Source: Eledone cirrhosa
Taxonomy: Eukaryota
DNA length: 64,000 nucleotides
Assembly (NCBI GenBank): GCA_964016885.1
Contig: OZ024740.1
Span: forward strand, 269,204,001 to 269,268,000
Direction: 5' to 3'
In this document: positions 1 to 11,627 of the stretch, in pieces
Numbering within the stretch: position 1 is the stretch's first letter
How the letters are laid out: each line of letters opens with the position of its first letter
Notes under the pieces: generated by a model
Database searches by the model: none
Told to the model about the DNA's origin: nothing
Seen by the model: the letters and a program-made list of their open reading frames with translations, nothing else
Made by a program: the position numbers and the translations under genes

Positions 1-646
1 AGCCTATGCTAGACCTATCTATTTCCCTACAAAATACTCTATCTAGATATGATCTGGATGACCCTATGCGATTTGTCCAAGTCCACATTGGCACATTCGG
101 GAAATCCAATCGGTACCTGTCAGACAGTTCAAAACGCCTGAGCAGGTTGGTGAGACTCTTTCGCCCTCCTCCCCTATCCGCTAATCCCACACAGTTCCAG
201 CGTGCATCTAAGATCCCGTTCCAGTCGCCCACTAACACTAACGAGCGGGACGTTCCAAGAAAGGTCTCCAGACGCCGGAAGAAATCAGGCCGCCCTGCTG
301 CTGTCAGGGCATAGACGGCCACTAGCCTGAAAGCTTGCCCGTCTCCGCTGGTCACGTCCAGCCCCACCAACTTACCTTCTGGGTCCAGGAAGATGGCCCG
401 TATGGCGAGATCCAAACCTCTCCGAAAAAGCACAGCAACTCCTCCCCCCGATCCCGGACGGCTGGGAGACGCGTACACATCGTAGCCGCCGAAGATCGGT
501 GCGAAGGCCCGTGCTTCGGAGATTCTGGTCTCGCTGATGGCCACTACATCTATGTTTAGTGACCTGAGGTCGTTGAGCAGGTGGCCCTGCTTCCATGACG
601 ACTCCAAGCCACGCGCATTTATGCTGCTTATTCTGAGTGAGGTCAT
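1..646 (-). CDS. Tx1-like ORF2 N-terminal APE endonuclease domain (truncated by the window edge)
   Basis: Manual translation MTSLRISSINARGL...VVAISETRI...SSRSYLDRVF; appears open to base 1. Confidence 0.75.
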   Translation of the reverse strand, partial: MTSLRISSINARGLESSWKQGHLLNDLRSLNIDVVAISETRISEARAFAPIFGGYDVYASPSRPGSGGGVAVLFRRGLDLAIRAIFLDPEGKLVGLDVTSGDGQAFRLVAVYALTAAGRPDFFRRLETFLGTSRSLVLVGDWNGILDARWNCVGLADRGGGRKSLTNLLRRFELSDRYRLDFPNVPMWTWTNRIGSSRSYLDRVFCREIDRSSIG

Positions 647-974
647 GTTGAAATGGAGTGGAAAAGATGGGAAAGACCACTTACCTTACTTCTCGTAAAG
701 GAAGGACGGTTTCTCCATCATGTTCACTGCTTGAGGCCTCCTCAGGAAGGATGTCCTTATAAATCCTGCTGGAGAGTGCTTGTCGGAAGTCTCCGATGTC
801 TTTGGGGAATTTTTGTTTTAGTGTCATGTATGTTTCTGTGTGATGCGAGTGATTTGTATGTGTGGAGGTGGTGTGAACTTTTGGGTTGTTGTGTAGTCTT
901 TTTCTGTGATGCTGGTGTTGTGTTGGATGTAGTGTAATAATGTGGGATTGTTTCTGTTTCGCTTTTTGTGACTT

Positions 975-2552
975 TTATGGTGTAGGTGATGGTGGTGTTG
1001 GGGTTAATGATGGTGATGGGGTTGGTGATGCTTGTGTGGATGGTGGCATATCTGACCTAACTTTTTTGTTTGATAGTTTATTTGTTTCCCTCTGTATTTT
1101 GTTTTTGGAGGGGGAAGGAAGAGAAATTTTTCTTTTTTGCTTTCTTTTTTTTTTCTTTTTTCCTGATACCGTTTCCCACTCCTCGTCGTCACAATCTGTC
1201 TCCAGTTGTGATAGGCCGGTGAGTGGAAAATCCTCCACGGGCGTTAGTTTTGGTTGTGGCGTGGTGGATGGTGTAGGCGCTGGTGATAGTTCTGAAGCGT
1301 TGGGTGGTGGTGGTGTTGATTTCGCTACTGTTGCTGGGGTTGTTGCTGTTATAGTTGCTTCTGTTGTTGCTGCTACAGTTGTTGCTGCCATCTCTACTGC
1401 TGGTGGTGTTGATGGTTGAGTCACTGGGGTGGGTAGGAGAGGTGGCCTCAACCTTTTAGCCTGAGGGCAGAAAACCCTTAGGTGGGTTCCTTCACCACAA
1501 ATGACACACCTAGGCCTTCTGCCCTCGACAATTACGGTGAGGTGGCTGCCGCCAGTGAGGTCTATTACCTCTGGGATCTCCTCAATGCTTTTTGGGTCCG
1601 CTTGGATCAGGAGCTCCATCCCAGATCGGGACCAGTTCTCCTGCTTTTCTTTCGCTATTGCTATTATCTTGGTGTTGGCTTCGATGCCGGCGAGGACGGC
1701 AGCTATTAGCCAGGGAATTTCGATGGCCGGTGGAACGTGGGTCACCCTGATTTTTACGAGTCTCTGGCCACAATAGCTTGGGACGAGTGTGAAGTCGTCA
1801 CTTCTTAATGGGGCCATGGAGTGTTCTCTAGCCTCTTCTGGTGTTTCAAAGAACACGTCCACGGTTCCATACTTCTGCCCACGTCTGATGTGGGTTTTTC
1901 TTGCCCACACATGTCCCAAAGCTTTTTGGATTTGGGACTCGGATGCCCGTTCCACTCGGCGCGATTTTACATTAATTGTTCGATAAGACACGGTGCATAG
2001 GCGCCGATGCTCCATTTTATTAGGTGGGGGTGAGGCTGACCCTGTACCCATCTTTCTTTACCATTTTTTTGGCATCTTCTAATTCCTCCTGAGTTACCTG
2101 AATGCTTCGCACTGTTTTGCTACTCTGGCAAAACTCATGGTGGTTTTCTTAATGTCATTGTTGCTGTTGGTGTTATCGTTATTTTTGTTATTATTAATTT
2201 TAGTTTCAGTTGTGGTGGTGGTGGCGTCAGTGGTGTTCGGTGTGAAAGAGTTCATTTTGGTTGAATTCATTTCGACATCACGAGTTAATTTATTTTTTTC
2301 TTTTGTTTCTGTTGTCGCGGTGGTGGTGGGGATGCTGGTTGTCGCAGTGGTGGTGGTGGTGGCGGCTTTAACACCTGCAGTCATTGGTAATGGCGGGAAA
2401 TGAATGTCTGCCTGAGACAAATTTAAAATATTGCTACTGCTTAAATTTTTAGTGTTGGCAAACGTAGTAATATTTACAATGGTGGTGTCGGTGTGAGGTG
2501 TTAGTTTGTGAGAAAGGCTCTCAGCTGCTTGGTGCAGAGGTGAATCAGCCAT
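975..2552 (-). pseudogene. Tx1-like ORF1 (gag-like, zinc knuckle), frameshifted near 2060-2094
   Basis: Two ORF-track pieces; same architecture as 6955-8412 (GQKYGTV vs GRQYGTI, EGRRPRC vs EGKRPQC). Confidence 0.75.
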
Positions 2553-2789
2553 GATCTTTTCAAAGAAATATTTTGATAATCATAAAAGTTTAAATTTTGG
2601 GCACAAGGCCCCAATCTTTTTGGGTGTCCTTTTCGGAAAACAATGTATGTGCGCTTATATACAGTTAACAATAAAAATTTTCCATAAATAGCAATTTTTA
2701 ACAAACGGAAACAACAAACCTTTGCGGATCTCACGATGATACGATTTACTACGTAGGTCGCCAATAATAATAATAATAACAATAATAAT

Positions 2790-2980
2790 AATAATAATTG
2801 TTTCTACTTTAGGCACAAGGCCAGCAATTACCCAGTGCATTACTGGTACTTTATTTTATCGACCCCGTAAGGATGAAAGGCAAAGTCAACCTCGGCGGGA
2901 TTTGAACTCAGATCGTAAAGGGACGTAACTATGCTGGAAAGCATGGCGTCCAACCTTCTACCGATACTGCCAATCCACTG
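2790..2980 (-). mobile_element. tRNA-derived SINE family A (about 190 bp, ATT tail)
   Basis: A-box-like TGGCAGTATCGG, B-box GTTCAAATCC, core GCCTTTCATCCTTACGGGGTCGATAAAATAAAGTACCAG (resembles the Meta/MESC SINE domain, from memory). More than 10 copies in the window. Confidence 0.85.
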
Positions 2981-3244
2981 ATTTCATTTATTGGCCACAA
3001 GTGCCAACATATAGGGGACAATACAAAAGACTGGGACAGTGGGGTTTTACAGAAAAATCGAGTAAACAATATGAAAAACAATAATAAAGTAACAATAAAG
3101 TAACAAGATAATTACAACAAGAAAAAATTCCCCAATAGGGGGATGACCACCTAGGGTTCGCTCAGGTACCCCACCAGTCCTGAACGACCCGACGCTTCGA
3201 GAGCACCCTGGAAGGGCACCCCTCTCCTCTTCAAATTTACCTAC

Positions 3245-6200
3245 CTACAGCCGCATGACCAGAGTAGGCCCACTCACACGGGCCATTCTCGCCACATTGA
3301 CCCACCTTTCAGCAAATGAACTGGGGGGCAGCACTTGTCTCTCCACCCTCACCTTCCTTTCCAAGTGAAACTTGAAAAGATTGATGAGGGATTGGCCGAA
3401 GAGAAAAGTGTCTGTCTTCAGTCCTTTCAACCTCGTCCACCATACAACCTCTTTCGCTACTGCCACCAGACAGAGGAAAATTGCCTGCCTTTCCTGGCCA
3501 AAAGAAGGCGGCGGGTCGATCTTCACTATGGACTCGGCCGATAGCCGGATCCGTTCTACACGCGACAACAGCTGTTCAACATAACTCCACAAGTCAGTAA
3601 TGCACGGACACTGGACGAGTGCGTGCAGAAAGGTTTCGTCGCTCTGCGCGCATCTCGGACAGGTCCGTCTGACAGCGCTTCCGTGCCTGTAGAGTTTATC
3701 TCGAACCGGCAGTGCCCTCCGGTAGCACTGCCAAGCGAGGGATTTTGGAAATTTTCCATCGTCCCCGGCTCGAAAGTCTTCCGGTACCGACTGGTTAGTT
3801 CGACTTCGTTGACTCCCAGAGCCTCTCCGAGTGTGTCGTCGCACTTGCCCACCACTAATCCTCTATAGAACTCGAGAGTGGAAGTTCCACTGACCGCATT
3901 TCCCGCCTGGTAGAGGGCAGTGAGTGCCTGGCAACATTCCAGATACCAGTCACCCAGTCTCGGTCTCTTCTTGACCCAGGACTGCAACTCAGTCAAAGAA
4001 ACGAGCTGCCGAAAGGCCCGTCTGACAAACGGCGACCACACCTATTCACCGTTTAGGCAGAATATCTGGAGATGCCGCTGCCTCAGCGCGTGCCTGCGCA
4101 TCATTAGCCACGGTAGGCCCAGCCCTCCACGTAGAGGGTGCTGTCAGCAGATGGACCGCCTCACCAGCGGAACCTGACCCCTCTACAAGAATTTGAAGAG
4201 GAGCCGCTCCAAGATGGCGAGGCGCGAACGGGGGCAAGGGACGACAGTCAGACGGTAGTAGATGACGGACGCGATGTACGCGTTCGCCACCTCCGCCCGA
4301 CCTTTCAGTGATAGCTTCATCCCAGTCCATTTCTAGGAGAGACTGACTACCCTGCCCATCACCTCGTCCCAATTCTTATCCATCTGGAGGTCTGGCCCGA
4401 ACCAAACCCCTAGCAACTTAACCGGTCCGTCCGTCCAGCGCCTAACGACGCTGTTGGACGGCATGGACTTGCCTGTCAAGGTGCCGACTTGCAAGCCCAC
4501 TGACTTTTCCGGGTTAAGTTTTGCTCTCGTCAACCTTTCATATTCCTCAAATAAGTTGCCGACCACCTCGATTTCTGAGGTGTCCGACACCATCACGGTG
4601 ACGTCGTGCTCATGAGCCGACACAGTCTTTCCGCGTCCCGGTTCGAGCGGGATGCCCTGCAACAGCTCCAGCTTCCGCAGTAAAGGCTCGAGAGTCAATA
4701 CGTACAGAAGGGAGGAGAGAGGGTACCCTTGACGGACCGATCGGGAGGCCTGAAACGATTCCGAGAGGTGGCCATTAATTTTGACCATCGAGCAGGTGCC
4801 GCTGTGCATTGCAGCGATCCAGCTTCTTAAGACGGGGTCGAAGCCAGCCGCCTTGAGGACAGCTTCCAGGTACCGATGGTCGACCCTATCGAATGCTTTC
4901 GATTGATCTAAATTGATCAGAGCCCCACCGAAGCCAGGTTTACACCCTACTTTCTCTATGATGTATCGCATTAGGTGGAGGTTGTCGTGTATGGACCTGG
5001 TTGGGATTGCGCAAGTTTGCGTCTCCCCAACCAAATCGCCGACGGCAAGCGCCAACCTCTTCGCTAACACCCTGGCCAAAATCTTAAACTCTGTGTTGAG
5101 CATAGTTATGGGCCTGAAATTGTCTAATGTGTCCCTCTTGTTCTCGTCTTTCCTTATCAGCGTCACTACGCCCCGGCTCACAGAACTGGGAATACTCCTG
5201 TTTTGCTGCCAGTTGCAGTAGAGGGCTTCGAGGAGAAACGAGAACAAGTCTGGCATATTTACGTAAAGCTCGTAGGGCAGACCATCCAAACCGGGTGACT
5301 TGCGCCTCATGCAGCCGACAAGGGCATCCTGAATCTCGGCTGAAGTAATTGGCCTTTCGCAGCGCCCAGCGTCAGCCGTCGAGAGTTGCGGCAAGCTATC
5401 GAGGTAGGGACTGAAGTCCGCCACCGTCTCTGACCCTCCACTTCCCCCGAACAACCGAGCAAAATGTTGGCGAAAGGCCTCACACATCCTCTTGGAATCG
5501 CTCAGCTCGTGCCCGTCTCGGTCCGTCAAAGACCGAATTGTGGTTTTATTACCACGCTGCGCCTCTGCCACGCGGCCCCATCGAACAGCTTTGGTTCACT
5601 CGTTTCTCAGAGCACGCGCCTTAGCTCTGACAATGCATCCTTAGTGTTTCGCATTGAAGAAATGGTCTAATGCCATTCTCGCCGCTAGCACATCAGTTGC
5701 AATGCCACTACCAATAGCATCGTCTAACTTATCTACCAACTCCCTCTCCTTTCTATTTTTCTCTAATGCTACTTCTTTGCAAAACTCTATCGACATTACT
5801 CTAATCTCTCTTTTGAGAGCCCCCCACCATCTATTGTTGACGATTCCCCCTGTCAACTTTTTCTAAACTAAATTGTTGACCTGGTCCATGTAAGCCTTAC
5901 GTGCCGGAAATGACATGTTTAGATCCCAGTAACCAGGTCCTAACCTACGCGTCTTATCTTGGTCGACCATACAGATCACAAACTTGTGATCTGAATAGGC
6001 GACCGTTTCAAAACGTGGACAGCTTACACTATTTCTGTCTATTTTCCTAATGAATATCCTGTCTATATACGATCTAGATGACCCTATGCGGTTAGCCCAG
6101 GTCCACACTGTCGCATTAGGGAAATCTAGTCGGTACCTGTCAGACAGTTGGAACTGGCTGATCAGGTTCTTGAGGCTTTTGCACCCTCGGCTCCTATCGG

Positions 6201-6666
6201 ATACTCCCACACAGTCCCAGCGTGCGTCTAAGATGCCATTCCAGTCCCCCGCTAACAGTAAAGGGCGAGACGTACCCAGAAAGGCTTCCAGGCGTCTAAA
6301 GAAGCCCGACTGTCCTGCCCCAGTAAGAGCATAGACGGCCACCAGTCTAAAGGCACCACCTTCATTATTGTTCACGTCCAGGACCACCAACTTCCCGTCC
6401 GGGTCCCGGAAGATCGACCTTACCTCGAGATCCAGGCCTTTCCTAAACAGCACTTCCACCCCGCCTCCCATTCCCGACCGGCTAACAGATGCAAAGATCT
6501 GATAGTTGTCGAAAATGGGGGCTAGTGCGCGCGTGTCGGAAATCCTGGTCTCGCTGACTACAATTACATCCATTTCTATAGACCTGATGTCGTTGAGCAG
6601 GTGACCCTGCTTCCAGGACGATCCCAGGCCTCAAACATTTAAACATCCTACTCTTAATACAGCCAT
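3245..6666 (-). pseudogene. Tx1-like ORF2 (APE + reverse transcriptase + C-terminal zinc finger) with stops and a frameshift
   Basis: Motifs AGDWN, YSDH, KSPGLDGL, FRPITMLN, DQSKAFDRV, SVRQGYPLS and CPRC..H..C. In-frame stops at about 6631, 5863, 5641 and 4333; frameshift at about 3745; RT YADD reads HEHD. Confidence 0.9.
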
Positions 6667-6954
6667 GTTGGCAGGTTAAACAGAGAGAGAGGAAGGTTTA
6701 CTTACCTTCCGGGCTCTTGTGAAGGTCGGGTTTTTCGACCTCCATAGTTAGTGGGGTTTCTTTTGGGAACCCCTTTAAAAGTCTTGAAGTGGGTTTTACG
6801 TTTGGGGTTCCCACGTCCCGAGGAAAGCTCTCTCGTATTTCTTTGAATATGTCGACATTCGCACCAGAACCAAATCTTCCGGCACGCGAAATGTGCTCGA
6901 TTTAAAAATTTCCCCCTCTTTTTTGTATATTTTCACTTCGTGCTACGAGGGCCA

Positions 6955-8412
6955 TCAGTTCCTTGTTGGCCCTCCTGACGAGCACGAAGTTTTGTATTTT
7001 TGTTGGTGTGATTTTATTTGTTTGCGTGGCTGTGGTGGTGATGGTTTTGGTGGTGTTGTTTCGGTTGTGTCTGTATTTGTTGTGAGTGCGGTGTCTGTGG
7101 TTTCAGATGTTTGTGTGTATATTTGTTCTTGCGTCTGTTTCGGTTGTTTGCGTTCGGGGGATTCTGGTGGTGTTGATGTTGGTGTTATTGGAGAGAGGTT
7201 TGCGTGGGTGGTGTCTGCGTTTTTTATTGTGGGTGCTTTTGCGCTTTGTTGAGATTTTTTTTCTTTTTGTGTTTCCTTTTGTGTATTTTGGGGGATTTTG
7301 TGATTTCCCTCATTTTCACTACTTGTAGATGAGGGGTCTGTGTCTGTAAGTGTGTCTGTATGTATGTTTATGGTTTTATTGGTGTGTGTATTTTGGGGGG
7401 GAGGGAGAATTTGACAGCTTTCCTTGTTTCCCCCCTGGGTGGTCAATGTTGGTGGTGGTCTTTCTATTGGTGTTGTTGTTGGTGGTTTTGCCGGTGCTGG
7501 TGTTGGTTGTGGTCCTCGCCCCGGCGTCGGCAGCAGTGGAGCCTTTCGACCCCTTGCCTCTTTCAGCAGTTGAGGGCAGAAAGCTCGCAAATGGGCTTTT
7601 TTCCCACAAACAAAACACTGCGGCCTTTTGCCTTCGGTCATAATGTGAATGACCGTCCCATTCTGAAGGCGGATGTGGTCCGGGATTGTTTTCATATTCT
7701 CGGGCCTGATCTGGAGAAGGATCTGCAGGTCAACCCCGGACCAGTCCTCTCTGGCCGTTCTGGTCACTTCTATAGGGACTGTATCCATCCCCTCCACAAT
7801 CACACATCCCAGAAGCCACCACATGTCACGTCCTGGTGGGATTCTGGCAATGCGGAGACGGGCCGTTCTTTTTCCCATGTGGGAGGGGTACATTATAACC
7901 TTGCTGGTTTTGCAAGGAGTCATACCGTGTTTCATAGCGAGGGCTTCTGACTTGAACAACACCGAAATGGTGCCGTACTGTCTGCCCCTCTCTATGTATT
8001 GGGTGTCTTCTCTGATGCACCTCAGCGCGACTTCGACATCTTCTTGTGGGATTAAAGCTGCCCTTTTGTTTTGTGCTGAGATGCATCTATAATGCACCGT
8101 TTTGCGCTCCACTGCCTCAATAGCTTCTACCGGTACAGTTAAGTTGGCCCAAGTTTGCTCTTGCTTGATGAGCTTCCATGCCTGGGCCAACTTTTCATCT
8201 TTGTTTGAGAGGTCCATGTTGAAGCATGGCATCTTTTTTGCTGCTGCCGCAGCGAAAGTGTTCTTCTTGTTTTCGTTGGGGGTTTTGTTGTCGTTGTTCT
8301 TGTTGGTGTTGTTGTTAGCACTGTCGCTGTTATCATTGTTGTCTTTGTTGCCACCGTTGTTCTTGGTGCAGTTGGTATTGTTGCTGTTGGTGTTGTCGCT
8401 ATTTGTTTTCAT
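6955..8412 (-). CDS. Tx1-like ORF1 (gag-like nucleic-acid-binding protein)
   Basis: 485 aa ORF with CFVCGKKAHLRAFC knuckle and Asn/Thr/Pro-rich termini, directly upstream of ORF2. Confidence 0.75.
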   Translation of the reverse strand: MKTNSDNTNSNNTNCTKNNGGNKDNNDNSDSANNNTNKNNDNKTPNENKKNTFAAAAAKKMPCFNMDLSNKDEKLAQAWKLIKQEQTWANLTVPVEAIEAVERKTVHYRCISAQNKRAALIPQEDVEVALRCIREDTQYIERGRQYGTISVLFKSEALAMKHGMTPCKTSKVIMYPSHMGKRTARLRIARIPPGRDMWWLLGCVIVEGMDTVPIEVTRTAREDWSGVDLQILLQIRPENMKTIPDHIRLQNGTVIHIMTEGKRPQCFVCGKKAHLRAFCPQLLKEARGRKAPLLPTPGRGPQPTPAPAKPPTTTPIERPPPTLTTQGGNKESCQILPPPQNTHTNKTINIHTDTLTDTDPSSTSSENEGNHKIPQNTQKETQKEKKSQQSAKAPTIKNADTTHANLSPITPTSTPPESPERKQPKQTQEQIYTQTSETTDTALTTNTDTTETTPPKPSPPQPRKQIKSHQQKYKTSCSSGGPTRN

Positions 8413-8627
8413 GTTAGTGGTGTTGATATTGTTGTTGTATTTGTTTTTGTTTTTTTGTTATCTGTATTTTCGTTGTCGCTGTTACTATCATTTTTTCAAA
8501 ATTAGTGTTCTTATTGGTATCATTGGTGTCTTTGTTTACCTTGTTTTTGGTGGTGTTTTTTTTATCAATGTGTGTTAATTTCGCTGTAGCCTCCTCTCAA
8601 CTTCTACGTCGTTGTCGTACGCTAGCA

Positions 8628-8987
8628 GACATATCAGTAATGCACGGACATTGGACAAGTGTGTGCAGAACGGTTTCGTCGTTCTGTGCGCATCTTGGGC
8701 AGGTCCGTCTGACAGCACTTCCGTGCCTGTAGAGTTTATCCCGAACCGGCAGTGCCCCCCGGTAGCACTGCCAAACGAGGGATTTCTGGAAATTGTCCAT
8801 CGTCCCCGGCTCAAAAGTCTTCCGGTACAGACTGGTCAGTTCGACTTCGTGGAGGCCCAAAGCTTCTCCGAGTGCGTCATCGCACTTGCCCACCACTAAT
8901 CCTCTATAGAACTCGAGAGTGGAAGTTCCACTGATCGCATTGCCCGCTTGGTAGAGGGCAATGAGTGCCTGGCAACATTCCAGGTGC
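8628..8987 (-). mobile_element. Tx1 ORF2 C-terminal fragment (paralogue of about 3590-3945)
   Basis: FQKSLVWQCYRGALPVRDKLYRHGSAVRRTCPRC; near-identical DNA to copy 2. Confidence 0.85.
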
Positions 8988-8988
8988 C

Positions 8989-9036
<48 letters not shown>
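8988..9036. repeat. (AAT)n microsatellite
   Basis: Seen directly; similar tracts at 2763-2797, 9783-9811, 10512-10562 and 10971-10990. Confidence 0.95.
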
Positions 9037-9037
<1 letters not shown>

Positions 9038-9782
9038 GCCAACATAATAAAAAATGGGTGCAGCCCATTATGCCGTGTATGCAAAAAACAACCAGAGACC
9101 ATTGACCATATAATTTCAATGTGCAGTCCTATAGCTCCAACCGAATACCTAAACAGGAATGACAGAGCTGCACAATACATACATTGGATAATGTGTAAGC
9201 ATTTTGACCTGCCCCATCAAAAGAATTGGTGGGAGCATCAACCACCTCCCATACTTGAAAAAGATCACATCTCAATCTTGTGGAACTTTAGCATCCAAAC
9301 AGACCGAAAAATAGATGCAAACAGACCTCATATAATATTGAAAGACTTTCAAAAGAGGGTATGCCTGCTAATTGATATGTCCGTTCCAATAGACAAGAAT
9401 GTATCTATAAAAACATTTGAAAAATTGAGCAAGTATAAGGAGCTGGAGATAGAAATTGGAAAAATGTGGAAATTGAGAACTAAAACAATACCAGTGGTTG
9501 TAGGCGCTCTAGGAATGATACCTAACTGGTCTAATGATTACTTATCGCAAATCCCAGGAAACCCGCGTATAAGAGAAATACAAAAGATAGTACTAATGGG
9601 AACTGCCCATATACTAAGGAAGATTCTGTCAATATAAGTACATCACAAGTCTAAACACTAAAGATGCATGTGTGAGTATGTATGTTCTTTCTTGAACATG
9701 GCGGACCTTGTTGTCTCTTGAGGTCACTGGTTGTGACTTGGTGATAACTAGTATGAACATAAAGCAAGATAAATGCAACTGT
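9037..9782 (+). mobile_element. 5'-truncated R4/Dong-like RLE-type non-LTR element
   Basis: Open frame 9037-9637: CRVC..ETIDHIISMC, RND (RHD), NRPH (RPD), LIDMSVP, EKLSKY, PVVVGALG. Flanked by (AAT)n on both sides. Confidence 0.85.
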
Positions 9783-9811
9783 AATAATAATAATAATAAT
9801 AATAATAACAA

Positions 9812-10511
9812 TGCCCAGGCAGGGTGGATTGAGACAGTACAGAGGGAGATCGGTGAGCAGGCACAACAACAGACTGATTTGAGTATCACAGTTGAAACTC
9901 TTAAGGGGCAAGCCAAAAAACTAACCAACTGGAAATCACCAGGCCCAGATGGTGTGCAGGGGTATTGGATTAAACATTTAACATCCCTCCACCCGAAGCT
10001 GACGGCCATGTTCAATGACTGCTTGGTGTCGGGTGAGGTGCCAGAGTGGTTGACAAAAGGTACCACAGTTCTGATAATGAAAGACCGAAGCAAGGGTAAT
10101 GATGTTACCAACTATAGACCTATCACATGTCTGCCCGTAATGTGGAAACTGTTGACGAGCATTGTGTCTGAGGAAATCTACCATCACCTCCACACAAACA
10201 TCAATGACTGAGAGGGAGAAAATTAACCGATACCAGGACCTAAAGTGGGAGGTGAAAAGGATTTGGAACTGCCATGAAGTCAAAGTGATCCCGATTGTCA
10301 TAGGCGCACTGGGGACTATCTCCAAAGGTTTCCAGGGATGGTTAAAGAAAATCGGCCCCTTCACGCTTTTTGGAACGCTTCAAAAGGCATGCTTGCTTGG
10401 AACGGCAAGAACCCTCCGATACGTCCTGAATATCTGAGGCTGCAGGTAGTGGCTTGATATTCAATCCAACGGACTTTCCAGTTAACCAACATCAATGACT
10501 GAGATTCAAGG
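9812..10511 (+). mobile_element. Internally deleted R4/Dong-like element (RT N-terminus joined to RLE C-terminus)
   Basis: NWKSPGPDGVQGYWIK..NYRPITCLP, then EKINRYQDLKWE..PIVIGALG. Flanked by (AAT)n. Confidence 0.85.
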
Positions 10512-10523
10512 AATAACAATAAC

Positions 10524-10562
<39 letters not shown>

Positions 10563-10563
<1 letters not shown>

Positions 10564-10970
10564 CTTTCTTTATTAACCACAAGGATTTACACAAAGTAGA
10601 CATTAAGGACAGTACAGGACAATACAGGACAGTACAAATGGGCATTTCTGCGTGTAAAAAAAACAAAAAAAAACAGAGGATGTAATAAAAGAACAATGAA
10701 AAATTTCCCAATAGGGGGGAGACTTCCGAGGGCCATCGTGGAGAAAGCCCATTAAAAAAGCCACGGTGACCCTGACCACCAGGGCAATTGTCCTCTCCCA
10801 GTTTTCCACCTTCAATTTACAGGCATATACTCAAAGTAGGTCCATTCACTCTGGCCATTCTCGCCTCTCTCACCCATATTTCAACAAAAAGCTGGGAAGA
10901 GAGCACCTCCCTCTCTACCCTGATTTTCCTTTTCAAATAAAATTGTAAAAGTTAATCAGGGCATCACCGA
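10563..10970 (-). mobile_element. Tx1-family 3' fragment (ORF2 end plus 3' UTR)
   Basis: Similar to 2981-3395 (LINFYNFI.KGKIRVEREVL; 3' end GTGGTTAATAAA). Between two (AAT)n tracts. Confidence 0.7.
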
Positions 10971-10989
10971 ATAATAATAATAATAATAA

Positions 10990-11088
10990 TTGTTTCTATT
11001 TTAGGCACAATGCCAGCAATTACACAGTGCATTACTGGTACTTTATTTTATCGCCCCCGTAAGGATGAAAGGTAAAAAAGTCAACCTC
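10990..11088 (-). mobile_element. SINE family A, 3' half
   Basis: Matches 2797-2892. Confidence 0.8.
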
Positions 11089-11590
11089 TAATAATAGATA
11101 TATATGTGTGTGTGAGTGTGTGTGTGAGAGAGTGTGTGTGTGAGTGTGTGTGTATTATATATACGATAAACTTCTGCATAGTTTTCAAGCTACCAAATTC
11201 CACGTACATGTTATGGGTTAAGATAAAGCTACAATACAGGAGAGAGTTTCATGAATTATACTTTCTAACATTGATGTTACGCCAAGGTAAAACATGATCT
11301 TTGACATTTTGGCCTGTTAATGTCAGTAAATCTTTTCTTTTAGTATCATAAAATAATGACTGTTTGATTAGCTTTTCGGTTATATTTCTTACCAATATGA
11401 AACTTTCCTTATTTCCCCGCAAAAGTTGTTTGTAAGATTATGTTTCATTGTACCTCATTTACCCTCTATCATACATAAAATCATTTTCTGTATATGAATC
11501 AAGGCGAAATCTCTCTCTCTCTCTCTCATCTCACCTCTCTCTCTTTCTCCCACACTATCTCTATCTCACTCACTCACTCTCTCTCTCCCC

Positions 11591-11627
<37 letters not shown>

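Larger units (their letters stand above)
1..2762 (-). mobile_element. Tx1/L1-clade non-LTR retrotransposon copy 1 (5' part: ORF1 and start of ORF2; runs off the window start)
   Basis: ORF1 pieces 2094-2552 and 975-2051 with CCHC knuckle CVICGEGTHLRVFC. ORF2 starts at ATG 646 with APE motifs (SINARGL, SET, GDWN, SYLDR). Clearly homologous to copy 2. Confidence 0.85.
2981..8627 (-). mobile_element. Tx1/L1-clade non-LTR retrotransposon copy 2, near full length, inactivated
   Basis: ORF1 at 6955-8412, ORF2 at 6666-3245 (APE-RT-CCHC), and a 3' UTR with AATAAA at about 2987-2992. Confidence 0.9.

Noticed and set aside
4333-5571. Active reverse transcriptase
   Set aside because: Catalytic YADD reads HEHD and the ORF is bounded by premature stops.
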